DNA of 64,000 nucleotides from Octopus vulgaris (GCA_951406725.2 OX597840.1:21452001-21516000), one strand, 5' to 3'; numbered from the stretch's first letter, positions 12,988 through 27,302 are shown. Notes: generated by a model from the sequence alone, not told the origin. Made by a program: numbers and translations.

Positions 12988-13698
12988 GACATACCTACAC
13001 AAACGTGCCCCACCAACTTTGTTTCTTTTTAACTTTCGGAAAAATTGATATTTTTCAATGAAATTTTCTACGAATACCGTTCAGGTGGTGCAGATTATGA
13101 TTATAAGATTTTAATGTGAATTTTTTTTTTCCGAGGCTGGAGAGAAACGTTTCGGAAAATGTATACGTGTCAACTTTGTTTCCACATAACTTTTAGAAAA
13201 ATGGATATTTTTTACTGTAACTTTCTTCAAATCCCTTTCAGAATGTGTAGACTGTGATTGTATCGGAGTTTAATATGAAAAAAAAAAAAAAAAAAAGGGG
13301 GGTACTCTTGCACACATACATACTGACCCACATCACATATATCTATAAAATGGAACATGAAATTTCGAAAATAAATTGGGATGTATGTCAGTACCTAACA
13401 ACTTTTATTTTTCACATTAAATTCCGATAAAATTATAACCATCTCAAAGGTATCTGAAAAAAATTTCGTTAAAAAATACCCATTTTTCTGAGAGTTATAA
13501 GGAAGCAAAGCCGACTTGTGTGAATTTTCCAAAACTCCTCTCCCCGACCTTTGGATAAAACTTTTCCCAACAAATTCCGATATAATCAGAATCTGCACCT
13601 TCTGAAGTGTATTTGTAGAAAATTTCATTACAAAATATCCATTTTTCTGGAAGTTTTGAGGAAACACAGTCGAGAGGGCACACTTGTGTAGGTATGCC
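12988..13698. mobile_element. Foldback/MITE-like element with long imperfect inverted arms
   Basis: GACATACCTACACAAACGTGCCC at left versus GGGCACACTTGTGTAGGTATGCC at right; internal inverted sub-repeats (GGTGCAGATT/AATCTGCACC). Confidence 0.7.
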
Positions 13699-16002
13699 CC
13701 ACGACTTTTATATTTCTTTATTACCCACAAGGGGCTAAACATGGAAGGGACAAACAAGGACAGACAAAGGGATTAAGTCGATTACATCGACCCCCCAGTG
13801 CGAAACTGGTACTTTATTTATCGACCCCCGAAAGAATGAAAGGCAAAGTCGACCTCGGCGGAAATGTCCCCGGACTTTTAGCCGGACTGGTTTATCTTCT
13901 GTTTTCTCTTTGCTTAGTTTTTTGTCTTTTTGCTTTTCGAAGATAAATTGATTTTTCGGTTAAAATAAAAGTAAAATGATTTTTCTTTAAAGATAGAAGT
14001 TTATTTGTATTTAATTTTATTTTCATCTAAATACTGATATAAAATAATGCATTTGGTGACGCGACACACCTGATCACATCTTCAAAAGACCCACACACAA
14101 AAAAAAGGTGCGTCAAACATTAATAAATCAGATGATATAATTAACTATAAAGGTCCGAGTTCGTGTCCAGATATATATATATATACGTGTATGTAAATAG
14201 TTATATATGCGTGTATGTATTAATTAATTATCTACATGGTTAATAGTAAGCAGGAAGGTTACAACCATTTGCCAACATCCGGTCATTAACAACAGTTCGA
14301 CTTCTCCCAATTAACTGCTAATTAGGAAACGGGGTATTAATTAAGATGCCTTAAAAGGTATAACAACAACATATATATGTTTTTTTTTCTAATGTTTAAA
14401 GGAAAACCAGACATCTATGTTATTTATGTGTGTCAGAAGCATCGTAAATACATGACCATAAGCAGATAGCATCACCATCACTGCCGTTGCAACCAACTCT
14501 TTCATTTTTTTCTCTTTTCGCCATCACCGTCGGCAACCAAGAAACTTCTGAAAGTACTTTAAAAACTACCAGAGTTCTTTGTACTTTCTACATAGTTGTT
14601 CGACATGTTGATAACTCTTAACCACATCTATTTCAAATCGCACCTAAATTATCTTAGAGTATCTTAGACAAAGAGAGACAGACACTCGAGGTCCTTCGCC
14701 CTTGGATCTGTTGGATCCAGGGCGGACTTGAGGCTAAACAACAAGGATAATATAATCCTAGATAGACTTATGTCTGAATAAGAGACGGTGTATTCATGAC
14801 TAGAACAAAAACCTTTGCTATGAATATAGGCTGGCCCGGGGTTAAACAAAAACAAGACGGGACACTGAACAAAGTCATATACAGCGTTATGCCTGAATAA
14901 AAAGTGGATGGCTACGACTGGAACGGCTATTGTCATAGTTCAACTGGTTAAGGAATTATCTGGGGCTGAATAACAACACTAATATGTTAACAACGATGTG
15001 CTCAGAATACATTATCCAGTATCTGTCCTTTTAACATTATGCTGTGTGGTTTTGAGAGAGATTTAGCTGTTATTTCGAGCGCGGTCAGTGACAACATTAA
15101 AGGCTCTCTCCCGCCTCGACCCAACAGGGAACCTCTATACAGTGACTCGACCTGCTAGAAATAATAATAAAACTCCCTCAAACCACACCCTATTGTTGGC
15201 TAATTTATTGAGATACATTGTATAGTGTTATTCTATACGTTACAGGATGGTCACGGTTGGAATACTTTCAATCATAAATCTGCTAGCTCAATCAGAACTG
15301 ACCTGGGGTTAAGCAACAACTGATTAAAAGTTAGTCCCAAACTTTGGCACAAGACCCAGCACAACTGGAACCTGTTTTGTCGACCTCGCCAGAATTTGAG
15401 CTCAGAACATCAGGATGGACAACTATTATTATTATTATTATTGTTATTAGCTGAGAGAATCGTTGGCAGGGCGGACTAAATGTCTAGAGGCATTTCATCC
15501 GTCTTTACATTCTGAGTTCAAATACCACCGAGGTCGACTTTGCCTTTCATCCTTTCGCAAAACGATAAAATAATTACTATTCTAAGTCCTGGAGTTGATG
15601 TAACCGACAATGCCCTCGCATGGCCACCCAAATTTCAGGCCTTGTGCCTATACTAGAAAAGATTATCATTATTATTATTATAGAAACTGAGGAAGATGTA
15701 GATTGATGGTAGGATGGAGGTGCCTTATGAGGGTCTAATTAATGTAGGTCCGAAGATGTATTCTGGGTGAAAGAGTGCGTGGACGTTCAGGTCCGTAATG
15801 ACAGCCCGGTGCCCCTATGTCAATGTCTGAGAAGAAAGGCTTTACAGTAAAATTAACCGTGTTTATGCTAGTATCACACACAAACTTAGTTATCTACTTA
15901 CAGGTTGGTATGTATACATACATACATATATATATATATATACACACATACATGTGTGTATGTGCATATGTGTATTTCACGTTATTTATTTATGTAAAGG
16001 TT

Positions 16003-16057
<55 letters not shown>

Positions 16058-16150
16058 TACATGTGTATATATATATATATACATACTGACATACATGTAT
16101 ATATATATAATATATACACACACACATATATATATATATATATACATACT

Positions 16151-16191
<41 letters not shown>

Positions 16192-16817
16192 TACTGACAT
16201 ACATGTATATATATATAATATATACACATACACATATATATATACACACTGACATATATGCATATATATATATATATAAAAGAACTGAGAACACACGAAG
16301 TATAGAAATACATATATACCCACAAATATATGGTCTGTATGTATGCTTATGTATGTCGGTACGAATTACAGATGAGTCCGTGCGTGTATAATGTGAACGA
16401 ACGTATGTTTGTGACAAATCTAACAGGCATGAACACAAAATAACACTTGCAGACCTATCTATATATGTACATATTTATATACACGTGTGAGTATGAGAGA
16501 GGAGCAACGAAGACGACGGCTTCATGTAAGGGCTGAGATGAAGGATTATTTCATGACAGACATCCCAAGGAAGTGAGTTTTATGGTAAAACCAGACGGTT
16601 ATACATCGTGTCCATCGATGGGGGATGTAGCTTAAAGATTGTATAGTGTAAGATATGTGTATACGCAGAGGTATATACACATGCACTTATAGAGACATGC
16701 TTACATACACGCATACCTTTTCCCGTGTTCTTCCTCTTTTAGGCCATCAAAATAGTTACGTACGCGCGCGCGCACGTGTCTGTCTGTGTATGTATGTATG
16801 TATATTATATATATATA

Positions 16818-16869
<52 letters not shown>

Positions 16870-16904
16870 TATATATAAGGGCTTAGTAAAATAAATTACT
16901 TTGC

Positions 16905-16946
<42 letters not shown>

Positions 16947-17049
16947 TACACTTACTTCAATGCAGTTATATATTCAACATAAACACATTAGTATGGGTAT
17001 ATCAGTATATATATAAGTGATGGATAGATAGATAGACAGACAGATAGAT

Positions 17050-17086
<37 letters not shown>

Positions 17087-17383
17087 TAGATAGATAGACA
17101 GATAGGCGAAGAGACACAGAGATAAATAGTTAGATATACATAATAGAGACATACAATATATATATATATACACATAGGCATCAATGCAAGCATACATTCT
17201 ATATAGAATGTATATTAATATGTAGTAGACATGTATATATATATAAAATAAGCTATAAATTCAAATATATACGTAGATATTTACAGATATATACACACAT
17301 ATCTTCAAGGAACAGTTTTGTTTTTCGGTAAAGGATGCCCCGATCCAGCTCGAAGGAAGCGTAACAGACATACAAGCAGATGC

Positions 17384-17414
<31 letters not shown>

Positions 17415-18211
17415 TACACACATACATACATACACACACGCATGCACACACTAGCAATTATAAACAATTACGTACATCGACACGTGCGTGTGACACACAT
17501 ACATGAAGTCACGCATAAAGGCGCACGTAATATACATACATGACTACAAATCATACACATAACCTACAGCAAATGTACTGAACAAGAAGCATATAAGCAC
17601 AAACATACATAATATACGAGCATAAACACACATATGTATATATATATATATATATACACTCACTCACACACACAACAATGTAGAACGAAGCAGATTTGTT
17701 TGGGAGGAATGAAAAAAAAACATGGCCAAATTAAGAGACATCTTACTCAGATTATACCTTCGTATCCTATCTAGATGACAATACACGTTAAGGTAAAGCC
17801 GTATACACACATTTATTTATATTCATAACATATTTCTGCTCCTCTGCATATATATTATGTATATATATATATGTATAATACACGCGCGCGGTTGTACGTG
17901 TGTATAATGAAATATATGATATGGATGTGTGTGTATCTTTCGTGGGTGATGAATGGATCTTCGTCGGTCGACAATGGGGATTCGTCTATTTGGCCAACTG
18001 AATTACCTGCTCCTGAATTAATATATAACTGGTTGAGTATTCCACGGGCATGGGTATCGTAGGCGTAATTCCCTGACAGAATCAGCGTGACAAAGCCTTC
18101 CTTTTCAAACAGAAGTACAATATGCCGGACGGAATGCTTTGACAATTTTTTAAAAAATCATTTTACTGTCAATTTAGGGTTTTGACCAGAAGACATATAG
18201 AGAAAAATCTT

Positions 18212-18600
18212 ATTTTTACTTGTTTCAGCCATTTGACTGTGGCCATGCTGGAGCACCGCCTTTAGTCCAGCAAATCTACCCCAGGACTTATTCTTTGTAA
18301 GCCTAGTACTTATCCTATCGGTCTCTATTGCCGAACCGCTAAGTTACGGGGACGTAAACACACCAGCATCGGTTCTCAAGCGATGTTGGGGGGAACAAAC
18401 ACAGACACACAAACATGCACACACATACATATATATGTATATATATATATATATACGACGGGCTTCTTTTAGTTTCCGTCTTCCAAATCCACTCACAAGG
18501 CTTTGGTTGGTCCGAGGCTATAGTAGAAGACAGTTGCCCAAGGTGTCACGCAGTGGGACTGAACCCGGAACCAGGTGGTTACAAAACGAAACTTCTTCCA
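18212..18600 (-). mobile_element. Composite tRNA-derived SINE with an internal (TA)n(TG)n tract
   Basis: Reverse-complement match to 36585-37005. Confidence 0.85.
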
Positions 18601-19167
18601 AGAAATTCTTCTATACTAAGGCTACGCTGTGAGTGTGTGGGTGTTGATGTGTATCTGAAGGCAAATGGCCCAGTGGTTAAGGTAAAAGCACTAACAATCG
18701 TTACAGCATGGGTTCGATCCCCAGATTGGGTGGTATGTTGCGTTCATTCCACGTTGCTTCAGTCCATTCGGCCGTTGACACTGAGTAATCCTGAGACAAA
18801 CCAGCCTTCCGCTCGCCTAGCCAGCAGGTGGCGGAAGAAGGGGGAGCATCATTAGAAAGCTAAAATAACATGGAGAAGTGCATTGTGACCAGCGATATAT
18901 AACAACCGATGGTATTCTTTTGCTTGTTTCCGTCATTTAACTGCGACCATGCTAGAGCACCTGTATCAGTTTTGGCAGGGATTTTATGGTTGGATGCCCT
19001 TCCCAACACCAACCACCCAGCAGAGTGGACTGAGTGCTTTTTACGTGGCACAAGCACAGGCGAGGTCAATTTTGGCAAGGTTTTTACAGATGGATGCCCT
19101 TCCAAATGCCAACCACTTTACAATGTGGACTGGATACTTTTTATGCAACATCATCACCTACACATAA

Positions 19168-19800
19168 TTCATCATCATCGTTTAATGTCCGCTTTCCATG
19201 CGAGCATGGGTTGGACGATTTGACTGAGGGCTGGCGAGCCAGATGGCTGCACCAGGCTCCAATCTTGATCTGGCAGAGTTTCTACAGCTTGATGCCCTTC
19301 CTAATGCCAACCACTCTGAGAATGTAGTGGATGTCACCAGCACGAGATCCAGTCAGATGGAACTGGCAATAGCCATGCTCAAATGGTGCTTTTTATGTGC
19401 CACCTGGCAACAACCTCGCTCGAATGATTTTTTTCACATGCCACCAGCACAAGTACTAGTAAGGCGACACAGGCATTCGATCTCGCTCAAATGGTGTTTT
19501 TAAGGTGTCATGGGCACGGAGCCCAGCTTGTTGCTCCGGCAGCGATCTCACTCGGATGGTACTCTTAGCGCTCCACTAGCACAGATGCCAGTCCTCCAAT
19601 TTGATTTTGATTTCACTTGCTTCAACAGGTCTTCACAAGCAGAGTTTAGTCTCCAATGAAGGAAAAGCACGCATAAGTGGACTGGTTACACCCCTGGCAT
19701 AGGCCACAAGGTTATGGTCTCACTTGCGCTTGCCAAGTCTTCTCAAGCACAGCATATTTCTAGAGGTCCCGTTCACTAGTCATTACTTCGGTGAGCCCAA
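19168..19800 (-). mobile_element. RTE LINE 3' UTR and tail
   Basis: Reverse-complement match to 25560-26192; diverged ~60-bp units. Confidence 0.8.
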
Positions 19801-19884
19801 CATATATATATATATATACTTTATTTTAAGCAGCAGAAAATTCAACAAAATCTGTTACTCTGAGTTTCTCGTTGCCGTTCATCC

Positions 19885-19937
<53 letters not shown>

Positions 19938-20008
19938 TGGAGTAAACACATAAATGTGAAACAAGGTGGAAAAAAAGAGTACTCAAATACCAAGGGTAGA
20001 GTAATATG

Positions 20009-20172
20009 CTTTATTTAAAAGCAGCAGAAATTCAACAAAACCTGTTACTCGGACTTTCACGTTCCTGTTCATCGAACAGTTTTGTTAAAATTTTAACAAA
20101 ACTGTTCGATGAACAGGAACATGAAAGTCCGAGTAACAGGTTTTGTTGAATTTCTGCTGCTTTTAAATAAAG
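20009..20172. repeat. Spacerless palindrome with 82-bp arms and 1 mismatch; PLE-like inverted terminal repeat with hammerhead-like motifs
   Basis: Centre AAAA|TTTT at 20090/20091; arms checked base by base. Confidence 0.92.
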
Positions 20173-20191
20173 TATATATATATATATATAT

Positions 20192-20400
20192 AGTTAATCC
20201 AAACAAGAAAACACAAAAAAAAACAGAACAACGCGAAGACGTGGGACAAATAAAGTATTATTGGACGCTCAGGAAAGAAGGGAAGAAGGAGGATTTAACG
20301 TTTCGAGCGGAGCTCTTCATCGGAAACATAGGAGAAGGAAAGATCCAGAGAAGGGAAGACAGAGGAAAAAAATCGCCAGCGGTACTCACGAGGTCACATA
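20192..20400 (-). mobile_element. Short PLE-like element with a hammerhead motif (20293-20327); same family as 56760-56955
   Basis: Reverse strand GTTT-CCGATGA-A-GAGC-TCC-GCTC-GAA-ACGT-T-AAAT; (TA)n on both sides. Confidence 0.75.
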
Positions 20401-20464
20401 TATAGATATAGATATCTATATATATATATACACACACACATATATATATATATATGTATGTATG

Positions 20465-20628
<164 letters not shown>

Positions 20629-20799
20629 GTTCAAATTTACAGCAGAAGTATTAAAAGCTGATCTCAAGATTCTGAGCCTTACAGAGAATTGAGATGGTTG
20701 ACATTTTGTTGTGCCTGAGAAAACCCATCCACCACAGCAGAAATATCCAAAAACCACTTTGGTAATGCTTGCACACCCTCTGCCTTTGTCAAGCATTCT

Positions 20800-21130
20800 T
20801 ACAAGTGAAGAATCCAATTCTTTGCGCTCCACAGATCCAGTCTCTTTCGCCAAATGTCATCCTTCAAATGCTTTAAAACATCACAGAAGAACTTTTGATT
20901 GACGGTCTGGCCCCCGGGAAGGTGGGGGGCGAATTCTCGATGTACAATACCATGTTTCTGGGGGTGACACTCATGGCAGGTCCTCCAGACCACTCATCAT
21001 CTTCTAGCGATGTTCTTCCACTTTTGAAGTGCTACTCAAAACATTGCATACAACCCACTGCTTCATCGCCATAAGCTTACTGAAGCAAGCTCAATGTCTG
21101 TAGCAGGCTTCCCAATTTAAATGCAAAATT
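20800..21130 (-). pseudogene. Mariner-type transposase relic
   Basis: GIVHREF...[36 protein letters not shown] matches the mariner catalytic-domain region; frameshifted. Confidence 0.8.
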
Positions 21131-22391
21131 TCACATTGGCCCTTTGTTCCTGTCCATGACAGAATCACAGACTTCAGCAGACACACGTGATTGCAAAAGT
21201 ACAAATTTCACAACTTGCATAGTAAACACAGCAAATGTCACTCGGCACATTGCCCCATAAAGGTCACTGCTAGCTCCCACTGCTCACCCAATTGTGTCCT
21301 TCCAGCTGTTGGCATGTTACAGAACTGGTCCAGGAACTTTGTGACCTTGCCAGTTGGTCCAATGCCACAGTAAAAGACATTCACTCGAGGGGCCACACTG
21401 GGACTGAACCTGAAAACAAGCATCTAAACAACATGGCCATACCTAGAAACACAAAATGATGGCCCTTCATTGCAGAGATAGTAACTTGGCCCCATCTGCT
21501 GGGTTGTCTCTGGAAGCAAGTACCTAGCCCCTGGAACACTTAGTGTTTTTCCACTCATTGATGAAAAAAGGGCACTCCGTCAGTTATGACAATGAGGGTT
21601 CCAGTTGATCCTATCAACAGAACAGCCTGCTTGTGAAATTAACGTGAAAGTGGCTGAGCACTCCACAGACAAATGTACCCTTAATGTAGTTCTCAGAGAG
21701 ATTCAGCATGACATAGAATGTGACAAGGCTGGCTTCTTTGGATTACAGGAAACTCATTTTCGCCAACTGAGTGGACTGGAGCAATGTGAAGTAAAGTGCC
21801 TTGCTCAAGGACACAATGCACTGCCAGGAATCGAACTGAAGACCTGTGAACAGAACACCCTGACCACTAAGCCACATGCCTTCACCCATTCATGAAGGAA
21901 ACACGAGTCAGTATGTTTGTAGCATCCATGGATCCATTGGGGGTGCTAGATGTTGGTTAAGTATAACCATACATCATATCAGCCTTAAGGTCCCTCCCTC
22001 TGAATTCTCTGTGGGGATTTTCTCCTTCAGCCTTTTTTTTTTTACCCTACAAAAGAGCAGGGGTTTATTATTATGACAGACATGGTTCATGCAGAGCCAG
22101 TGCCACTCTCTCGTCTTTCAAACTTTCATTGGTTTGGTGCAACAAGTTCTGCAAGCCCCAACAGTTATCAGAATGTAAGATTTGTATGGAGTTACCTTCC
22201 CTTGGATGAGCAACCGAAGAGCTGAAGGGCTTCATCTGGCCTGAATCTGTTGGTGACTATGTTCTGGGAGCAATCCTATAACATTTTGATTAACACAAAG
22301 CAGTGGCTCTAACAGGTTTTACTACTCAGGGTCAAAGAAAACCTGGGAACAACAGTGACAAAGTTGTGATTCTACACTTCTCAAAAACTGG

Positions 22392-22580
22392 AACCAAGGC
22401 CCCACACAACAAAGGCCCGACTCAACCAAGGCCCCACACAACAAAGTCCCCACTCAACCAACGCCCCACACAACCAAGGCCCCACTCAACAAAGGCCCCA
22501 CTCAACAAAGGCCCCACTCAACAAAGGCCCCACACAACAAAGGCCCCACTCAAACTAAGGCCCCACTCAAACAAGGCCCT
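22392..22580. repeat. 16-bp minisatellite AAC(A/C)AAGGCCCCAC(T/A)C, about 11-12 copies
   Basis: Seen directly. Confidence 0.9.
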
Positions 22581-24067
22581 ACTACCAGATGCAGATTCAA
22601 GTCATACCCAGGAGTAAAATAGGTCTGTTTTCTCCCCACTCATCTTTTTTTGGCGGGGACTTAGACAAGACAGCTGCATGTTGATCTGTTAAGAACTACA
22701 CAGGATAACGCAGGCAGAGCCACAATGATGCAACAATATTGGTTTCCAATTCTGGCAATTTTGGCACAAATTTGTAGGAAGGATAAGTTGATTACATTTA
22801 CCCCAGTGTTCAACTGGTACTTATTTTATTGAATCCGAAAGGATGAATGGCAAAGTCAACCCTGGCAGCGTTTGAACACAGAACATAAAGACTAGTCTTG
22901 TAAAAATATTGCCAATATTTCTTACACTGAAAATCTTTCAGTGTTAAAACATTCTCCTTAAGTTTTGTATTATTTGGATGCTTAAATATGTATGCGTGTA
23001 TGTATGTATCTCTCTCTCTATCTATCTATCTATACACACACACACATGCACACATATATCATCATCATCATCGTTTAATGTCCGCTTTCCATGCTGGCAT
23101 GAGATGGAGGTTTTGACAAGAGCTGGGCAGGCAGAAACCTGCACCAGACTTCTGTGTCTGTGTTTGGCAGGAATTTTATGGCTGGATGCCCTTCCCAACA
23201 CCACCCACCCAGCAGAGTGCTTTTTACGTGGCACCAGCACAGGTGAGGTCAGTTTTGGCAAGGTTTTTACAGCTGGATGCCCTTCCAAATGCCAACCACT
23301 TCACAGAGTGGACTGGATGGTCTTTAATGACACCAGCACTTATTTAATATAGATATTCTTTTACTTGTTTCAACCATTTGACTGTGGCCATGCTGGAGCA
23401 CCACCTTACAGTGTTATTTAGTCAAAGAAGTTGACCCCAGGACTTAATCTTTGTAAGCCTAGTACTTATTCTATCAGTCTCTTTTGCTGAACCAATAAGT
23501 TATATGGATGTAAACACACCAACATCGGTTGTCAAGCAATGGTGGGGACCAAACACAGACACAAAGACACACACACATCATCATCATCATCATCATCGTT
23601 TAACATCCGTTTTCCATGCTAGCATCGGTTGGATGGTTCAACCGGGGTCTGGGAAGCCAGGAGGCTGCACCAGGTTCCAGTCTGATCTGGCAGTGTGTCT
23701 ACAGCTGGATGCTCTTCCTAATGCCAACCACTCCGGGAGTGTAGTGGGTGCTTTTTACATGCCGCCGGCACGAGGGCCAGAGTATCAGTTGGTGCTTTTT
23801 ATGTGTCACCGACACGTACGCCAGTCAGGCGGCACTGGCATCAGCCATGTTCGGATGGTGCTTTTTATGTGTCACCGGCATGGGTGTCTTAACTACAATT
23901 TCCATTTGATTTTTATTTTGATATTGATGTACTTGACTCAATAAGTCTCCTCAAGCACAGCAGGTTGCCCTACGATCCAAGGTTAGCTCAGCAGGCCGTC
24001 CTGCGAGCCATGAACTCACTTCATTTGTTGGGTCTTCGCAGATACATAAATATATACACATATATTT

Positions 24068-24110
<43 letters not shown>

Positions 24111-24607
24111 CTAGCAGTATCGCCCGGCGTTGCTCGGGTTTGTAAGGGAAATAACTATATAAGCATTTTTAGAGAGTTACTTCCCTTAAAGATGCCAATT
24201 CGGGCTTTCTTAGCCATTTCTGTTTTTGGTGTCTTCAAGACATGAAGTCGTTGTTCTAAAAGAACGCTGGTCTCCTTGACAACGCATTACGACGTTGATT
24301 TCTTTACACTCCCTTCCCCACAGCTTCACGAGGGAGGGAAGGGGGAGAAGCAAACACAGGTGCAGCTGTGAGCGTGGACGCCAACTCCACCGCCATCGAC
24401 ACACGAAAAATTATGCATTAAAATGGAATAAAAAATTATGTTAAATTATTTTTAAAATCGTAGACTCATCGTTGACGCGCGGTAATAGCCAGACGGGCTC
24501 AATATCAATCACGACTATAAGATACCCGAATTTGGTTAAACTGCACCGCAAAATGTGGGAGGAGTTAGGAATCTAAATCGAAGGGGACAGACACTCACAC
24601 AACTAGA

Positions 24608-24620
<13 letters not shown>
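24111..24620 (-). mobile_element. Non-autonomous Helitron
   Basis: Reverse-strand 3' end CCCGAGCAACGCCGGG hairpin followed by CGATACTGCTAG|T; 5' end merges into TATATAAAA and (TA)n. Confidence 0.75.
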
Positions 24621-24681
<61 letters not shown>

Positions 24682-25120
24682 CAACAGGCTTCTTTCACTT
24701 TCCATCTACAAAATCCACTAAAAAGGCTTTGGTTGGCCTGAGGCTAGAGTAGAAGACGCTTGCCCAGGGTATCATGCAGTGATACAAATCACATACTTTC
24801 CTGGAAATATGTGATTTGTAAAAATATGACATGTTAATAAATATTCGTATAAGTACAACCATCCAGATCTCTGAATACCTTATTTTTTCTAATACACACA
24901 CACACAAATAAAGGTTACAAACCTCATTAAGGGATAGCAAAATCCTATGAACGTACAAGTTAGTTACCTATACAAAGAATGTTGAACATTACAGTTAATA
25001 CTCAACTGCAAGGTAACTATATAAACCGTGGTGTATATATATATCTATTTATTATAAGAAAATAGAAAATTATTATTTATTATCTCTCTATTTTCTTATA
25101 TATATATATATATATAAAGT

Positions 25121-26192
25121 CTAGCTGCTAGAATAAGAATAGCCTGGGCTAAGTTCAGAGAGCTCTTACCTCTGCTGGTGACAAAAGGCTTCTTGCTCAG
25201 AGTAAAAGGCAGATTGTATGACGCATGTGTGCGAACAGCCATGCTACACGGCAGTGAAACATGGGCTGTGACTGCTGAGGACATGCGTAAGCTCGCAAGG
25301 AATGAAGCCAGTATGCTCCAATGGATGTGTAATGTCAGTGTTCATACTCAACAGAGTGTAAGTACTTTGAGGGAAAAGTTGGACCTAAGAAGCATCAGTT
25401 GTGGTGTGCAAGAGAGATGACTGTGCTGGTATAGTCATGTGGATAGCTGTGTGAAAAAGTGCCGCACCCTAGCAGTTGAAAGAACCCATGGAAGAGGTAG
25501 ACTCAGGAAGACCTGGGATGAGGTGGTGAAGCATGACCTTCAAACATTGGGCCTCACCGAGGCAATGACTAGTGACCGGGACCTCTGGAAATATGCTGTG
25601 CTTGAGAAGACTCGGCAAGCGCAAGTGAGACCATAACCTTGTAGCCTATGCCAGTGGTGTAACCAGTCCTCTTATGCATGCCTTTCCTTCATTGGAGACT
25701 AAACTCTGCTTGTGAAGACCTGTTGAGGCAAGTGAAATCAAAATCAAATTCGATGACTGACATCCGTGCTAGTGGGGCGCTAAGAGTACCATCCGAGTGA
25801 GATCGCTGCCAGAGCAACAAGCTGGCCTCCGTGCCCATGGCACCTTAAAAACACCATTCGAGTGTGATTGTTACCTGCGTCGCCTTACTAGTACTTGTGC
25901 TGGTGGTACGTGAAAAAACATTTGAGTGAGGTTGTTGTCAGTACCGCTGGACTGGCTCCTGTGCAGGTGGCACATAAAAAGCACCATTTGAGTGTGGCTG
26001 TTGCCAGTACCGTCCGACTGGCTCTCGTGCTGGTGGAACCCACTACACTCTCAGAGTGGTTGGCGTTAGGAAGGGCATCCAGCTGTAGAAACTCTGCCAG
26101 ATCAAGATTGGAACCTGGTGCAGCCATCTGGTTCGCCAGACTTCAGTCAAATCGTCCAACCCATGGAAAGCAGACGTTAAACGATGATGATG
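25121..26192 (+). mobile_element. 5'-truncated RTE LINE with ORF remnant, 3' UTR and (GAT)n tail
   Basis: [22 protein letters not shown]... same family as 975-1574; premature stop; starts at (TA)n. Confidence 0.9.
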
Positions 26193-26219
26193 CACAGACA
26201 TATATACACACACACAACT

Positions 26220-26985
26220 ATGTGTGACTGTGTGGTAAGAAGATTGCTTTCCAACCACATGGTTCCAGGTTCAGTCCCACAGCGTGGCACCTTGGGCAAA
26301 TGTCTTCTAAAGCCTCTACTGGACCAAAGCCTTATGAGTAGATTTAGTAGACGGAAACTGAAAGTAGCTCGTCGTAGATGTGTGTGTGTGTGTGTGTGTC
26401 TTTATATCTCTGTTTGCTCCTCACCACTGCTTGACAACTGGTGTTGGCGTATTTACGGCCCCGTAACTTAGCGGTTCGGTGAAAAGAAGCCGATAGAATA
26501 AGTACCAGGCTTTTAAAAAAAAGTCCTTGGTCGCTGATTTGTTCGACTAAACCCTCCAAGGCGATGCCCCAGCATGGCCGCTATCAAATAACTGAAACAA
26601 GGAAAAGAATAAAAATTTATATATATAGGTGCAGGAGTGGTTGTGTAGTAAGTAGCTTGCTTACGAAGCGCATGGTTCCGGGTTCAGTCCCACTGTGTGG
26701 CTCCTTGGGCAAGTTTCTTCTACTATAGCCTCGGACTGACCAAAGCCTTGTGAGTGAATTTGGTAGACAGAGACTGAAAGAAGACCGTCGTATGTCTGTT
26801 TGTGTGTGTGTGTCCAACATCGCTTGACAACCAGTGCCGGTGTGTTTAGAGGTTCGGCAAAAGAGACCGATAGAGTAAGTACTAGGCTTACAAAGAATAA
26901 ATCCTGGGGTTGATTTGCTCGACTAAAAGCTGTGCTACAGTATGGCCGCAGTCAAATGACTGAAACAAGCAAAAAATATAAAAGT
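26220..26985 (+). mobile_element. Two tandem composite SINE copies
   Basis: Both match 36585-37005 (head GTGTGGTAAG...GTTCAGTCCCAC; tail ACTGAAACAAG). Confidence 0.8.
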
Positions 26986-27302
26986 ATATACATAGGCAGA
27001 CATATATACACACGCACACACACGCACACACACACGCACAGCCATACATCCATGTTTTAGACTTTTCTTTTCCTATTTTCACATCAACAACTTTTGTCGA
27101 GTAAAGTAAGACAATACTTTTTTTTTTTTTTTAATATCAATAAAATTTGAAGTCGAAACTTCAATTAAAGTTTCGGCTTTAATAAATTAATTTACCATAA
27201 ACTCTTCTCTCTCTCTTTTACTCAATGTGCAGGTATGTATGTACACATGTATGTGTATATGTACGTTCATATGTGAACATGTATGTATGTGTGCATACAT
27301 GT

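Noticed and set aside
14688-14735. GC-rich hairpin as a ribozyme or ncRNA
   Set aside because: No hammerhead core or other recognisable motif; single occurrence
17930-18145. CpG-containing unique ORF-like stretch
   Set aside because: No convincing splice-site pair or protein motif
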